DNA of 64,000 bases from an uncultured Candidatus Peribacteria bacterium. GTDB taxonomy: Bacteria > Patescibacteriota > Gracilibacteria > UBA1369 > UBA12473. Below are positions 45,930 through 56,138 of the stretch, one piece after another (the stretch's first letter is position 1; each line of letters opens with the position of its first letter). Made by a program: the position numbers and the translations under genes. The stretch covers positions 7,066 through 71,065 of the forward strand of contig CAYTES010000001.1 in NCBI GenBank assembly GCA_964436935.1, written 5' to 3'. Below the pieces are notes generated by a model. That model was given only the letters and a program-made list of their open reading frames with translations, searched no databases and had not been told where the DNA came from.

Positions 45930-48071
45930 TTAAAGCGTCAACCGCCGAACGGGAACTTTTTCGGGAACATGCATCGCTGATTTTTTCTTTAAAATTAAAG
46001 TATACTCGTCCATAGCCTCACCAAGTTGCCCCAATGAAAAAGAGTCTCGTCGACCGCCCGACGATTGATAATAAATCTCAATTTTTTTAGGACAAAACTT
46101 ACTCCCCAAAACAGATTTGGAAAGATCCAATTGAAGCTTAGGTCGAGACAAATTGGGCGTTTCAAGCTGTGCCAAAGAATCTAAAATAGCCCGCAAAATA
46201 GGTTTAAAGACAACTTGATTCCGACGATAAAATTGAGCCGGTCGATGAAGTTGAAGCATGGCGGTGAGATAAGGAGATCCATTTTTTTGACTTTGATAAG
46301 ACATCTGTTCCACGTCCGTAGCAATAAACTGTCCCCTTAATGCCGACATAGCCAAAGTCCGAAAAGAGGTCGCGATATCAAAAGCATTAGGAAGTTGAAG
46401 TGATTGCTCAAATTTTCTTACTAAATCATCAACAATACGCAACGAAACATCTGCCATAGTAGAACCAACATCCAAGGCATCTTTACCATCAAAAAGAGAA
46501 AACTTGGAAATTTCCTCCCTGAAAAGCCACGAATGAAAGGAATTTATGCCCGCATGCGCTCCAACCAAATAAGGATACGCATCAAATCGATTTTCAGCGA
46601 TGGGAGCACCTTCTTTAAATAAGCTCATTTTATAACGTTGCAAAAGATCAGAAACAACTGACAAATTTTCTACTCCATCTATGATTGAAAGCATTTCTTT
46701 ATTACTACTTGGCCCGGCCAATTCATGCCACCAACCGGAAACCTTGGGGTCTCGACGCGACAAAACATTCATGGCCACCTTTGCATTATCGGCCAAAGAC
46801 AAAGATTGCAACGTATTAATGGTACTTGGACTCACCGGCCCCGGAAAATCCAACATCACCACATCAAAGGGACCATATTCCTCAATCACTTCTTCCAAAG
46901 GCTCTGAAATTCCCCTAATTCCATAACGAGCCGCATTTTCCATAAATTCTTTCTGCACTCGCTTGCTGGATTCAAAACCATAAATCTTCCCCGGAGAAAA
47001 TCCCGCCTCCAAATAACCGGGAATTTCTAAACACTTTCGCCCTGGCAAACATGCAACCTTCAACTGTTTCCGCCCCTTACGCGGAACATGGTTCTCAATA
47101 AAACGCATCCATTCCCTCCGCCATAATTTCTTCATCTTCGTATCATAATCAAACACATCACCTTCACCTTCAAAAGATTCGATCACTTCAATTCGACCCG
47201 GAGTGGAATCATCAAGAATTTCAGAAGGTAAATTCACTTCCGGAAAATTATCCAAGACCATTTCAGGGGCCTGAGGTTCAACCTCAGAAGTCTCCACAAG
47301 CAAAACCTCCTCCGTAAATTCACCCCCTTCACCTTCAGGCAACGCAGACTCCTCATCAAGAACCTCGGAGTGACCATTGTTTTCACCATCCATAGCAATT
47401 TCTTCAGCTTCAACCCGACCACCAAACCCCTCCACCGCCTGAATCGCTTTTTCCTTTAAACTTCCAGGCTTAATCTTTAAACGAAAATCCCCATAAAAAT
47501 GAGCCAATATCGACTTGAACGCACGTGATTCCATTCCAAAAAACGGCGCAACCTGCTGAACAAAATCTCCACCAAACCCGGAAGGTGGCAAAGAGGTGAG
47601 CACGTAAACCCAACATCGAAACGCTTCATTGCGCACAAAACGACCATCGACCGATTCCGGCTGCCAAACTCGAATGAGACTCAATCGTCCGGCATCGGCA
47701 TCCGACCACAGAGCATATAAATTCTCAAGATCAACGGAATGTTCCGCACCATTCAAAGACAATTTTTCTTGAGCACTCCTCAACGCTTCCGTACCACTCA
47801 AGGGTAATTTTTTCTCAGCACCTCCAACACGGCCACTACCTACCCCTCGAGGCTTCTTTTCTTTTTTAACACCACCCTTCGACAAAAGATCTCGCGCCAA
47901 TTCTTCAACACTTTCTTCCGCTCCATCCAAAGAGTCCGACCGCCACGCCTTGGCCGCACTCACTTGCCCTTCCGAAAGACAAAACAAAGTCTGACATTGA
48001 GCTCTAAAATGTTCCCAATTCCCGGCTCGCTTCGCGTACTCTTGCCTAATAAAAGCCCCTTCAAGCGGCAA
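45930..48071 (-). CDS. hypothetical 713-aa protein with central acidic linker
   Basis: Long ORF. It has an acidic stretch EVLDEESALPEGEGGEFTEE.... A beta-alpha-beta-like segment LKVACLPGRKCLEIPGYL..IYGFESS..FDVVMLDFPGP is vaguely Rossmann/methyltransferase-like but lacks a GxG motif. Confidence 0.65.
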   Translation of the reverse strand: MPLEGAFIRQEYAKRAGNWEHFRAQCQTLFCLSEGQVSAAKAWRSDSLDGAEESVEELARDLLSKGGVKKEKKPRGVGSGRVGGAEKKLPLSGTEALRSAQEKLSLNGAEHSVDLENLYALWSDADAGRLSLIRVWQPESVDGRFVRNEAFRCWVYVLTSLPPSGFGGDFVQQVAPFFGMESRAFKSILAHFYGDFRLKIKPGSLKEKAIQAVEGFGGRVEAEEIAMDGENNGHSEVLDEESALPEGEGGEFTEEVLLVETSEVEPQAPEMVLDNFPEVNLPSEILDDSTPGRIEVIESFEGEGDVFDYDTKMKKLWRREWMRFIENHVPRKGRKQLKVACLPGRKCLEIPGYLEAGFSPGKIYGFESSKRVQKEFMENAARYGIRGISEPLEEVIEEYGPFDVVMLDFPGPVSPSTINTLQSLSLADNAKVAMNVLSRRDPKVSGWWHELAGPSSNKEMLSIIDGVENLSVVSDLLQRYKMSLFKEGAPIAENRFDAYPYLVGAHAGINSFHSWLFREEISKFSLFDGKDALDVGSTMADVSLRIVDDLVRKFEQSLQLPNAFDIATSFRTLAMSALRGQFIATDVEQMSYQSQKNGSPYLTAMLQLHRPAQFYRRNQVVFKPILRAILDSLAQLETPNLSRPKLQLDLSKSVLGSKFCPKKIEIYYQSSGGRRDSFSLGQLGEAMDEYTLILKKKSAMHVPEKVPVRRLTL

Positions 48072-48783
48072 CCAACACTTGAGCCTTAAACCCGGAAACC
48101 GCTTGTAATAATTCTAAACTTTTCCATAAATCCGCCCCCGCCAATTCTGAAATTTCTTTATCTAAAGAACGAATATCATCTCTTGAATCAGTCAAAATTT
48201 CTTTATGATCCTCCGTCCACTCTTGTTCGGAAAGACGCAATGTTTGAACAAATTCAGCCTGATGAGCACACCGTTCATTCACAAGATCATCCAAAACACG
48301 ATGCTTAAACGCAATCAAGCGTTGAGACAAAGGATAAAAAGTTTCCAAAAGCGCCAATATCAAATCCCGACAACGAGCAGGAGTTTCAAATTCTTGAAGC
48401 CGAGTATATGCCCAAGTCAAAATAGAATTTCTCGCTCCTCGTTTTTCCACCGCAGGAGGCGCTTGTTCGAATAATATTCCCACGGCACGATCGTAATCTT
48501 TTTCCGTTAAGTTTGAGGTATAAATATTGGCTTGTTTGGCAATATTCCATAAAAATTCTTTCAATTCGCCTCCTCCATTAAGTGGCGGCGGCGATTCCGC
48601 TTGAAATCGCAACATCTCGATCGCCTCTGCTGAACTTCCCTCCATAACGATTCGAACATAGTGGGCTACCTTATCGGAAATCCCACCAACCCCTTGCCCG
48701 GAAGAAACACTTTGAATCCGCTCATAAAGAGAACGAGCAAGAGAAGGATCGGCCAGAAGCTCGGGAATATTTGGATGGATCAC
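48061..48783 (-). CDS. hypothetical protein
   Basis: 240-aa ORF overlapping the downstream 713-aa gene by 11 nt (likely co-translated operon). Confidence 0.6.
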   Translation of the reverse strand: MIHPNIPELLADPSLARSLYERIQSVSSGQGVGGISDKVAHYVRIVMEGSSAEAIEMLRFQAESPPPLNGGGELKEFLWNIAKQANIYTSNLTEKDYDRAVGILFEQAPPAVEKRGARNSILTWAYTRLQEFETPARCRDLILALLETFYPLSQRLIAFKHRVLDDLVNERCAHQAEFVQTLRLSEQEWTEDHKEILTDSRDDIRSLDKEISELAGADLWKSLELLQAVSGFKAQVLVAA

Positions 48784-48878
48784 AGCAACAAAGGGTTTAA
48801 ATAAAAGGTTATAATTTAAAACTAAATATTTATTTAGTCAACAAAAAGGCCCCGCTAAATTGGGTAAAAGCTTAACTT

Positions 48879-48944
48879 GGCAGTTCGGATTGTTTTTTGA
48901 GGGAGCATTTTATTTTGCGACCGAGAGAAATGATCCGAACTGCC
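48879..48944 (+). repeat. conserved-core hairpin element, copy R4a
   Basis: Perfect 12-bp arms GGCAGTTCGGAT and ATCCGAACTGCC flank TGTTTTTTGAGGGAGCATTTTATTTTGCGACCGAGAGAAATG. Confidence 0.75.
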
Positions 48945-49024
48945 CCAAACTCCCCTAGCCCAAACCAAACCTCCTCTCTTCCCCTCACCCCTGCTTAAAT
49001 TTCAGAAAAGCTTATATCAGGACT

Positions 49025-49098
49025 TTGAATTGTTTTCCGAGTAAGCATTTTGTTCTGCGCACGAGGGAAATGATTAAAAGTCCTGATAACATAGAAGT
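49025..49098 (+). repeat. conserved-core hairpin element, copy R4b
   Basis: Perfect 12-bp arms TATCAGGACTTT and AAAGTCCTGATA flank GAATTGTTTTCCGAGTAAGCATTTTGTTCTGCGCACGAGGGAAATGATTA. The element ends 4 nt from the stop of the M16 peptidase gene. Confidence 0.75.
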
Positions 49099-49102
49099 TT
49101 CT

Positions 49103-50368
49103 CTAAAATTTAAGCAATTTTGCAAACCGCTCTTTCTCCTCCCAAGGCCCAATACCAGCGAGATAAAGGCGATCTTCCTGGAACAGGTCTCGAGCGATGC
49201 ACTCCACCTCACTCACCGTCACCACATCCACTTTGGCCGCAATCTCCTCCTCTGTCAACACCTCCCCATACAGCACCTCATGCTTGGCCAAAAGATGAGC
49301 CATCTCTTCAGAATCCTCCAACTTCAACACCATTTTCCCCTTCAAATAGTCTTTGGCTTTCTGCAACTCCGCTTCGGTAATACCCTCATCTCTCAACAGT
49401 TTATACTGCTCCACAATCGCCTCCACCGCCATATCCACACGATTCAGATCCACACCCGCCCGAGTCGATAAAATCCCAGTATCGGTATAATCATCCGTCG
49501 AGGTCTGAATATAATACGAAAGGCCTTTGGCTTCGCGCACGCCCAAAAACATCCGCGAACTCATATTGCCGCCCAAAATAATAGCGAGCAATTTAACCGC
49601 AAAATGCCCTCCGGAATGTTCGGCGTACGCCGGAAATCCGATCACGACATGCCCCTGCTCCGTTTTCTTATTTTGTAAAATCACGCGATCGGTCGCCTCA
49701 TTGGATTTCAACCCCAACCATTCAAAGGTGGTCTCTTTCTTTTCCATGGGAAAAAGTTTTTCCACTTCTTTCACCACCTCCTCATGTTCCACATCCCCCG
49801 CCACCGCAATCACAATATTATCCGAACGGTAGAGTTCATTTTGATAGGCCAAGAAATCATCCCGCGTCACTCCCATGATGACGTCCTTCAAACCAATCTG
49901 ATCCCATCCCAACGGCTGATCTCCAAAAATCAATTTTTCAAAATCCCAACCCACCTGATACATCGGCGTGTCCTGATACATATTGTACTCTTCCATGATC
50001 ACGCCTCGCTCTTTATCGATCTCCACAGGATCATGTTTAGAGTGCAGCAACATGTCAGACAAAACATCCATCGCAATCCCGCGATGTTGAGACGCCACTT
50101 TCACATAATAACCCACATACTCTTTCCCGGTAAACGCATTGAACTCTCCTCCTACACTATCAATAGCTTCGGACACGGACTTGGTATCCGGATACTTGTC
50201 GGCGCCTTTAAAAAACATGTGCTCTAGAAAGTGCGAAATGCCACGAATTTTCTGGGTTTCACAACGAGATCCAGCTTTAACCAAAATCAAAACCGTCACC
50301 GCCTTAGTGCTTTCCAATTTTTGAGTGACCACACGGAGTCCGTTAGGGAGAATCGTTTTATGATGCAT
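49103..50368 (-). CDS. M16-family zinc peptidase
   Basis: Inverted zincin motif HFLEH in GISHFLEHMFFKG; 421 aa. Confidence 0.9.
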   Translation of the reverse strand: MHHKTILPNGLRVVTQKLESTKAVTVLILVKAGSRCETQKIRGISHFLEHMFFKGADKYPDTKSVSEAIDSVGGEFNAFTGKEYVGYYVKVASQHRGIAMDVLSDMLLHSKHDPVEIDKERGVIMEEYNMYQDTPMYQVGWDFEKLIFGDQPLGWDQIGLKDVIMGVTRDDFLAYQNELYRSDNIVIAVAGDVEHEEVVKEVEKLFPMEKKETTFEWLGLKSNEATDRVILQNKKTEQGHVVIGFPAYAEHSGGHFAVKLLAIILGGNMSSRMFLGVREAKGLSYYIQTSTDDYTDTGILSTRAGVDLNRVDMAVEAIVEQYKLLRDEGITEAELQKAKDYLKGKMVLKLEDSEEMAHLLAKHEVLYGEVLTEEEIAAKVDVVTVSEVECIARDLFQEDRLYLAGIGPWEEKERFAKLLKF

Positions 50369-50524
50369 GGAAAAAAATTAAATAAAAGTTGAACTCATTA
50401 TACTATAAGGAAGCACCCAAAGACACACCATCTAAAAAACAAGTTGGCAACTTCAAATAAAAATAAACTGTAATAAATCAAGTGAAATATTGTTTTAAAT
50501 AATGAAAACTTTAAACACGTTGCC

Positions 50525-53077
50525 ATGAAAAAATCGCTTCTTTCAACGGGCCTCATTCTTGGAATTCTGTTGACCCTCAATCCACTCACACCGTCGCCGG
50601 TACACGCCGAAACAACCTTTTCAGATCTTGAAGAAACCGATCCGAGTAAGGAAGCCGTCACTTATCTGAAAGAAGAAGGCATCGTGGATGGCTATTCCGA
50701 TGGAACCTTTCGCTCAACCCACAAAATCAATAGGGCGGAATTCATGAAAGTGGTGATAGGGACACTCACCGACAATCCCAGCGGATCATTCTGCTTTTCG
50801 GATGTGAACGAGGAATGGTTCGCGCCCTACATTTGTGAAGGAAAAACAAGAGGACTGGTGAACGGCTACGCCGATGGAAGCTTTCATCCGGAAGAAGAGA
50901 TTAATTTTGCCGAAGCCAGTAAAATTTTATCGAATGCCTTTGAATTGGAAGGAGAAACGCTGAATGACGAATGGTACGCCTCCTTCGTGAGTGCGCTCGA
51001 CGAAGAAAATGCGATTCCCACCTCCATCACCGATTTCGACAAATTCATCGCCCGTGGAGAAATGGCCGAAATGGTATGGCGAATTGAAGAAGGAACGGGA
51101 GAGGCGGTCGAGTCTCTCAAATATGAAGAGTTGGAAGGTACGATGGTGAACATCGAATCCTGCGAAGAACTCAAAGAACTCTTCTTGAGCAACCCCTACA
51201 ACTATTCCCCCATCACGATGTATGAAGAAATGGACGGAGATAGTGTTAGTGCCGAACCGGAAAGTGCTCCAACAGAGGATGCAAGCAGCAATGAAGTAAA
51301 ATCCTCGGACGACTACTCCACCACCAATATCCAAGTGACCGGGGTCGACGAATCCGACATCGTTAAAAACGATGGACAATATATTTACGCCATCCGCGAT
51401 CAAATGGTGGAAATTATCGAAGCGTACCCCCTGGAAAATTTAAGATCCGTGTCCAAAATTGAATTTGAAAATGAGGAAGAAATGTTTTGGCCTTCACAAC
51501 TCTATTTGGATGGAGACACTCTTGTTGTGATCGGCTCTCAATCCACCTACGAAACTTATGATTATGACTACGAGTATAAAGAAATATGGTTTCCCGAATA
51601 TCATCAAAATCGTACCGGAGTTTACATTTACGACATCAGCGACCGTAGCAATCCGACATTAAAACGAAACCTCACCCTAGACGGCAGTTATAGCAATTCG
51701 CGCAAAGTGGATGACACGCTCTATCTCATCTTAAACAAATACGACTTCCCCTATTATGGATACGATCCTGAAACGCTGGAAGTAGAGGAGGTATTGCCAC
51801 GCTACTACGATTCATTGAATGGAGAAGAAAAAGTGTTGGCCGACTGCAACGACATTCGATATATGCCACGAGAACGCACCCTCAATTACATCATTGCCAG
51901 TGCCATTCCAATCGACTCAGACGCCACGATCGATTCCGAAGTATTGATCGGAAACAGTGAAAACCTTTATTCCAGCCAAGAAAATCTATACATCGCCAGC
52001 ACCAATTATGAAAGTTCCGAGGACTATTATATGGACTGGGGAAACGCAAAAACCTGGCTGTACCGTTTTGGCCTGACTCCAGGAAAAATCACTTATGAAC
52101 GACGAGCAAAAGTGCCGGGCACTATCCTCAATCAATTCAGCATGGATGAACATGAGAATTATTTTCGCATTGCCACCACGCAACATGGAAGTTGGAATTG
52201 GATGTCGGACATCCAAACGGAATCCAGCAATAATCTTTATGTCCTCAATGAAAACATGGAAACCGTGGGGCAGATTGAAAACATTGCCCCCGGAGAACAG
52301 CTTTACTCCACTCGCTTCATGGGAGATAGAGGCTACTTGGTGACCTTTGAACAGATTGACCCTTTCTTTGTCGTGGATCTTTCGCAACCCACGGCGCCCA
52401 AAATCGTGGGCGAACTCAAAATCCCGGGGTATAGCGATTACCTCCATCCCTATGACGAAAATCATATTTTAGGATTTGGGAAAGACACCACGGATGCGGA
52501 AACAGAGAACCTTTTGGAGGAAGAAGCGGAATCCATGAACTGGTCATGGTATCAAGGGATGAAAGTGGGACTGTTCGACGTGACAGATCCTAGCAATCCC
52601 AAACAGATATTCAGTCTAGGCATCGGAGATCGCGGCACGGAAAGTGAACTGCTATATAACCACAAGGCCCTGCTCTTCAATGCCTCCAAAAATCTACTGG
52701 CCTTCCCCATTTCGGTAGCGGAGGTTGAAGAAAAATATGCCGATGATCCCATGGCATATGGCGAGACCATTTTCCAAGGTGCCTATGTTTATACGATCGA
52801 CCTTGAAAATGGTTTCACGCCTCGAGGCACCATCACGCATTATGATGAAAGTGCCGAAGGAAGCTATTGGGACTGGTATGACTATCTCAAAGAGATCAGC
52901 CGCATCCTCTACATCGATGAACATCTATACACGGTCTCCGAAGGAGCGATCAAAGCCAGTGACATTTTAACCACGGAGGAACAAGGAGAGTTGATCCTAG
53001 AAACCTCGTCAACCGATATCTACGACTATCCGGAAGGCGAAGTGGAAAGTGAAAGTTCGCAGGAAACGGAGTTGTAA
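50525..53077 (+). CDS. secreted SLH-domain protein with C-terminal beta-propeller domain (COG4880-like)
   Basis: Signal peptide. Two or three SLH-like units (FSDLEE..GIVDGYSDGTFRS..INRAEFMKV; FSDVNEEWFAPYI..GYADGSFHP). TTNIQVTGVDESDIVKNDGQYIYAI is typical of the Beta_propel family. Confidence 0.8.
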   Translation: MKKSLLSTGLILGILLTLNPLTPSPVHAETTFSDLEETDPSKEAVTYLKEEGIVDGYSDGTFRSTHKINRAEFMKVVIGTLTDNPSGSFCFSDVNEEWFAPYICEGKTRGLVNGYADGSFHPEEEINFAEASKILSNAFELEGETLNDEWYASFVSALDEENAIPTSITDFDKFIARGEMAEMVWRIEEGTGEAVESLKYEELEGTMVNIESCEELKELFLSNPYNYSPITMYEEMDGDSVSAEPESAPTEDASSNEVKSSDDYSTTNIQVTGVDESDIVKNDGQYIYAIRDQMVEIIEAYPLENLRSVSKIEFENEEEMFWPSQLYLDGDTLVVIGSQSTYETYDYDYEYKEIWFPEYHQNRTGVYIYDISDRSNPTLKRNLTLDGSYSNSRKVDDTLYLILNKYDFPYYGYDPETLEVEEVLPRYYDSLNGEEKVLADCNDIRYMPRERTLNYIIASAIPIDSDATIDSEVLIGNSENLYSSQENLYIASTNYESSEDYYMDWGNAKTWLYRFGLTPGKITYERRAKVPGTILNQFSMDEHENYFRIATTQHGSWNWMSDIQTESSNNLYVLNENMETVGQIENIAPGEQLYSTRFMGDRGYLVTFEQIDPFFVVDLSQPTAPKIVGELKIPGYSDYLHPYDENHILGFGKDTTDAETENLLEEEAESMNWSWYQGMKVGLFDVTDPSNPKQIFSLGIGDRGTESELLYNHKALLFNASKNLLAFPISVAEVEEKYADDPMAYGETIFQGAYVYTIDLENGFTPRGTITHYDESAEGSYWDWYDYLKEISRILYIDEHLYTVSEGAIKASDILTTEEQGELILETSSTDIYDYPEGEVESESSQETEL

Positions 53078-53243
53078 AGTCCGCCACCGAATATCCGTGC
53101 ACAATAAGCCTAGAAACAATTCATCACCTAGGCTCAAACGAATCATAGCTGCAGAAGAAGCGCCTATTTCGAAAACTTGAAGAAAACCTCGCTTTGATTT
53201 AGGATAAGATCTCTTGCTCTCGCTCTTCAACGACACCGCCTCC

Positions 53244-55613
53244 ATGTCTTATAGGAAACATTTTCGTGCACTCCCCTTGAACCGCATCACCCTCATGATG
53301 GGGATTGGATTTTTTATGGGATTTATTATCTTTTCTCGACTTTTCTACCTCCAAATTGTGAAAGGAAACTATTATCAAGAAATCGCTTTTGAAAAAAATC
53401 AGGGCTATACGGAAATTCCCGCACGGCGGGGAGAAATTCTCATTCAAGACAGTCATTCCGGAGAACCCTATGCCTTAGCCACAAACACCACACTCAATCT
53501 TCTATATGCCGACCCTTCTCTCATTGAAGATCCCGGCTATGTAGGAGGAAAATTGGCACCATTGCTCTTTGACTTGGAAAGTGAAAAAGAAAGAGACAAA
53601 GAACGGTATGAAAATCTGATGTCCGACTTAAGAAAAGCACAAAGAAAAGAGATGGAGGAACCGGCCACTCCCATGGAAGAAACCACCGGCACAGAAACTC
53701 CAACAACAACAAATCCCGAAAGCTCCCCCGCTCCCTCTCTAAATCTTCCCCCAAGCGACCCCACCGCCCCTCCTTCCTATGGTGACTTTCGCCTTCATAC
53801 GGACGACGAACTTTTCGCACTCTACCAAAGAGATTTAATTGATACATTAAGTCAAAAAACCCGTTCCGTGATCCTCCTAACGGAAGACCTCGATGAAGGG
53901 CTGGCCAAAACCATTCGGGACAAAGCGATCACCGGCGTGGAAGTCACCGAAAACGGAAAACTATACACCTATCCTTCCCAAATCAGCGATAAAGACAGAA
54001 CGTCAAAAACACTCGCTGACATTTTAGATATGGAATGGGAAAGACTCCAACAAATTTTAATCGGCCGCAATCGGTATGCCGTATTGAAACGAAAACTTGC
54101 ACCCGAAATTTCAGACCAAATCGAAAAACTGATCCATGAGGAACCGAAAGCTTTTTTTGGAATACGAATGAAGGAAGAATATTTTCGATTCTATCCCGAA
54201 GGCTCTTTGGCGGCTCAAGTACTGGGATACGTCAATCATAAAAATAACGGACAATACGGAATTGAAGGAACTTTCGATGACCAACTGGAGGGAAAAAGTG
54301 GTTACTTCAGTTCCCAAATTGATGCCAGCGGAAAACAAATCACTGTAGGAGACAGTGAAATCGTGGATGCGGTAAACGGGGCAAACATTACGTTAACCTT
54401 AGATCGATCCATTCAAGCGGAAGCGGAAAAATTAATCGCAAAAGGCGTTGAAAATTTTCAGGCCGATAGCGGTCAAATCATTGTCCAAGAAACAAAAACC
54501 GGCCGGATACTGGCCATGGCCCACTATCCAACGTTTGATCCCAATACCTATGGCGATATATTTAAACTCGAAGAAGTCGAACTCAGTCAAAACGACCGAG
54601 AAAATTTATACCGGGTGGGCGAAGGAGAAAATGAAAAGTTGTACCTTTACATCCGCAAAGATCCCGATGTTCGCATTGAAATCTTTTATGACAAAGACAA
54701 GGATAAATATTATAAATATGCGAATAACGTCGGACCGGAAGTCTATCAACTCAAAGCGGTCACGCTTCCTTATGAACCCGGATCGGTCTTCAAGGCCGTT
54801 GCCATGGCCTCCGGAGTAGATGCCGATGAGGTAACCCCGTACACAACATTTTTCAGCGACGGGCCGGTCCAGGTGGATGAGTATGAAATTCACACGTTCA
54901 ATGACGAATATTACGGCACCTCGACTATGACGGAAGTCTTGATTCATTCCGACAACACGGGAATGGTATTCGTGGCACGAAAATTGGGACGAGCCCTTTT
55001 TTATGACTATCTGAAAAACTTCGGATTCGGCAAAAAAACCAATATTGAATTCGAAGGAGAAAATGCAGGACGCGTAGAGTATTACGATTACTGGGCGGAA
55101 TCGGAACTCGTAACCAAAGCGTTCGGACAAGGTATTACGGTCACTCCCATCCAGCTCATCACCGCCATTTCAGCCGTCGGAAACGGCGGGCTGCTCATGC
55201 AACCTTATATTGTGGACTCCATGGACGAAGCCAACGGTAAAAACATTGAATTTGAACCACATGTGGTACAACGGGTTCTCAAAGAAGAAACCTCCGATCA
55301 AGTCACCTCAATGATGATTGCGGTCGTAGAAAACGGAGCGCCCAATACCGTAATGGAGGACCACTTCATTGCGGGAAAAAGCGGAACCGCTCAAACCTAT
55401 AAATATGGAAAAGCACTAAAAGGAAAAGGGACCACCATCGCCTCATTCACGGGCTTTGCTCCGGTCAAAGATCCCCAATTCACCATCTTGGTAAAGTTAG
55501 ATCGCCCCAAAACCTCCGAATGGGCCGAAGGAACCTCAGGTAAAATCTTTAAAGAAATGGCACAGTTCTTATTCCAGTACTACAACATTCCACCCGATAA
55601 AAACCTAAAATGA
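53244..55613 (+). CDS. penicillin-binding protein 2 / FtsI-type transpeptidase
   Basis: N-terminal TM anchor; SVFK, SDN and KSGT motifs. A P/T/E-rich insert (EEPATPMEETTGTETPTTTNPESSPAPS) lies in the N-terminal module. Start set to ATG 53244. Confidence 0.9.
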   Translation: MSYRKHFRALPLNRITLMMGIGFFMGFIIFSRLFYLQIVKGNYYQEIAFEKNQGYTEIPARRGEILIQDSHSGEPYALATNTTLNLLYADPSLIEDPGYVGGKLAPLLFDLESEKERDKERYENLMSDLRKAQRKEMEEPATPMEETTGTETPTTTNPESSPAPSLNLPPSDPTAPPSYGDFRLHTDDELFALYQRDLIDTLSQKTRSVILLTEDLDEGLAKTIRDKAITGVEVTENGKLYTYPSQISDKDRTSKTLADILDMEWERLQQILIGRNRYAVLKRKLAPEISDQIEKLIHEEPKAFFGIRMKEEYFRFYPEGSLAAQVLGYVNHKNNGQYGIEGTFDDQLEGKSGYFSSQIDASGKQITVGDSEIVDAVNGANITLTLDRSIQAEAEKLIAKGVENFQADSGQIIVQETKTGRILAMAHYPTFDPNTYGDIFKLEEVELSQNDRENLYRVGEGENEKLYLYIRKDPDVRIEIFYDKDKDKYYKYANNVGPEVYQLKAVTLPYEPGSVFKAVAMASGVDADEVTPYTTFFSDGPVQVDEYEIHTFNDEYYGTSTMTEVLIHSDNTGMVFVARKLGRALFYDYLKNFGFGKKTNIEFEGENAGRVEYYDYWAESELVTKAFGQGITVTPIQLITAISAVGNGGLLMQPYIVDSMDEANGKNIEFEPHVVQRVLKEETSDQVTSMMIAVVENGAPNTVMEDHFIAGKSGTAQTYKYGKALKGKGTTIASFTGFAPVKDPQFTILVKLDRPKTSEWAEGTSGKIFKEMAQFLFQYYNIPPDKNLK

Positions 55614-55625
55614 TAATGGAATGAT

Positions 55626-56021
55626 TCAATCTGGGATAAAAGATAAAATCAAATGCTCAATATAGTAACAAGCCCTTCTTGCTGCGAAAACGCGTGATTT
55701 AAAAACATTCAATTGAGGATCTCGCTCCAAAATGGCTTCCATCTTAGAAATTTTCCCACTTAAAATTTCTAGCGTATCGCGAACATCGCGAAATAAATTC
55801 AGGCGACCATACAATCCGCTCTCTATACAATCAAATAAAGTATTGCGATCCGTTTCAATAAGCTCAATCACCCCCGATAATTCATACTGCATTTGATCTA
55901 AATACTGTGAAACGACTAAAGAATCTTCGACTTTAGAAACTTTTAAAACAGCCCATTCCGCTTCCAATGAATTTGAAAGCGATTCCCTACTATCAACTGA
56001 ATCCTCAGCATGCTCTACCAT
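55626..56021 (-). CDS. hypothetical protein
   Basis: 131-aa ORF. No motif recognised. Confidence 0.5.
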   Translation of the reverse strand: MVEHAEDSVDSRESLSNSLEAEWAVLKVSKVEDSLVVSQYLDQMQYELSGVIELIETDRNTLFDCIESGLYGRLNLFRDVRDTLEILSGKISKMEAILERDPQLNVFKSRVFAARRACYYIEHLILSFIPD

Positions 56022-56138
56022 AAATTATGATTTTATAAATTTTTGCCTTTTTAAATCTAAGAATTATACACGATAAAAAAATATACGTCAATAAAACCCG
56101 TTCAACTTATTTCCGAAAAGAAGTCATAATAAAAATAC

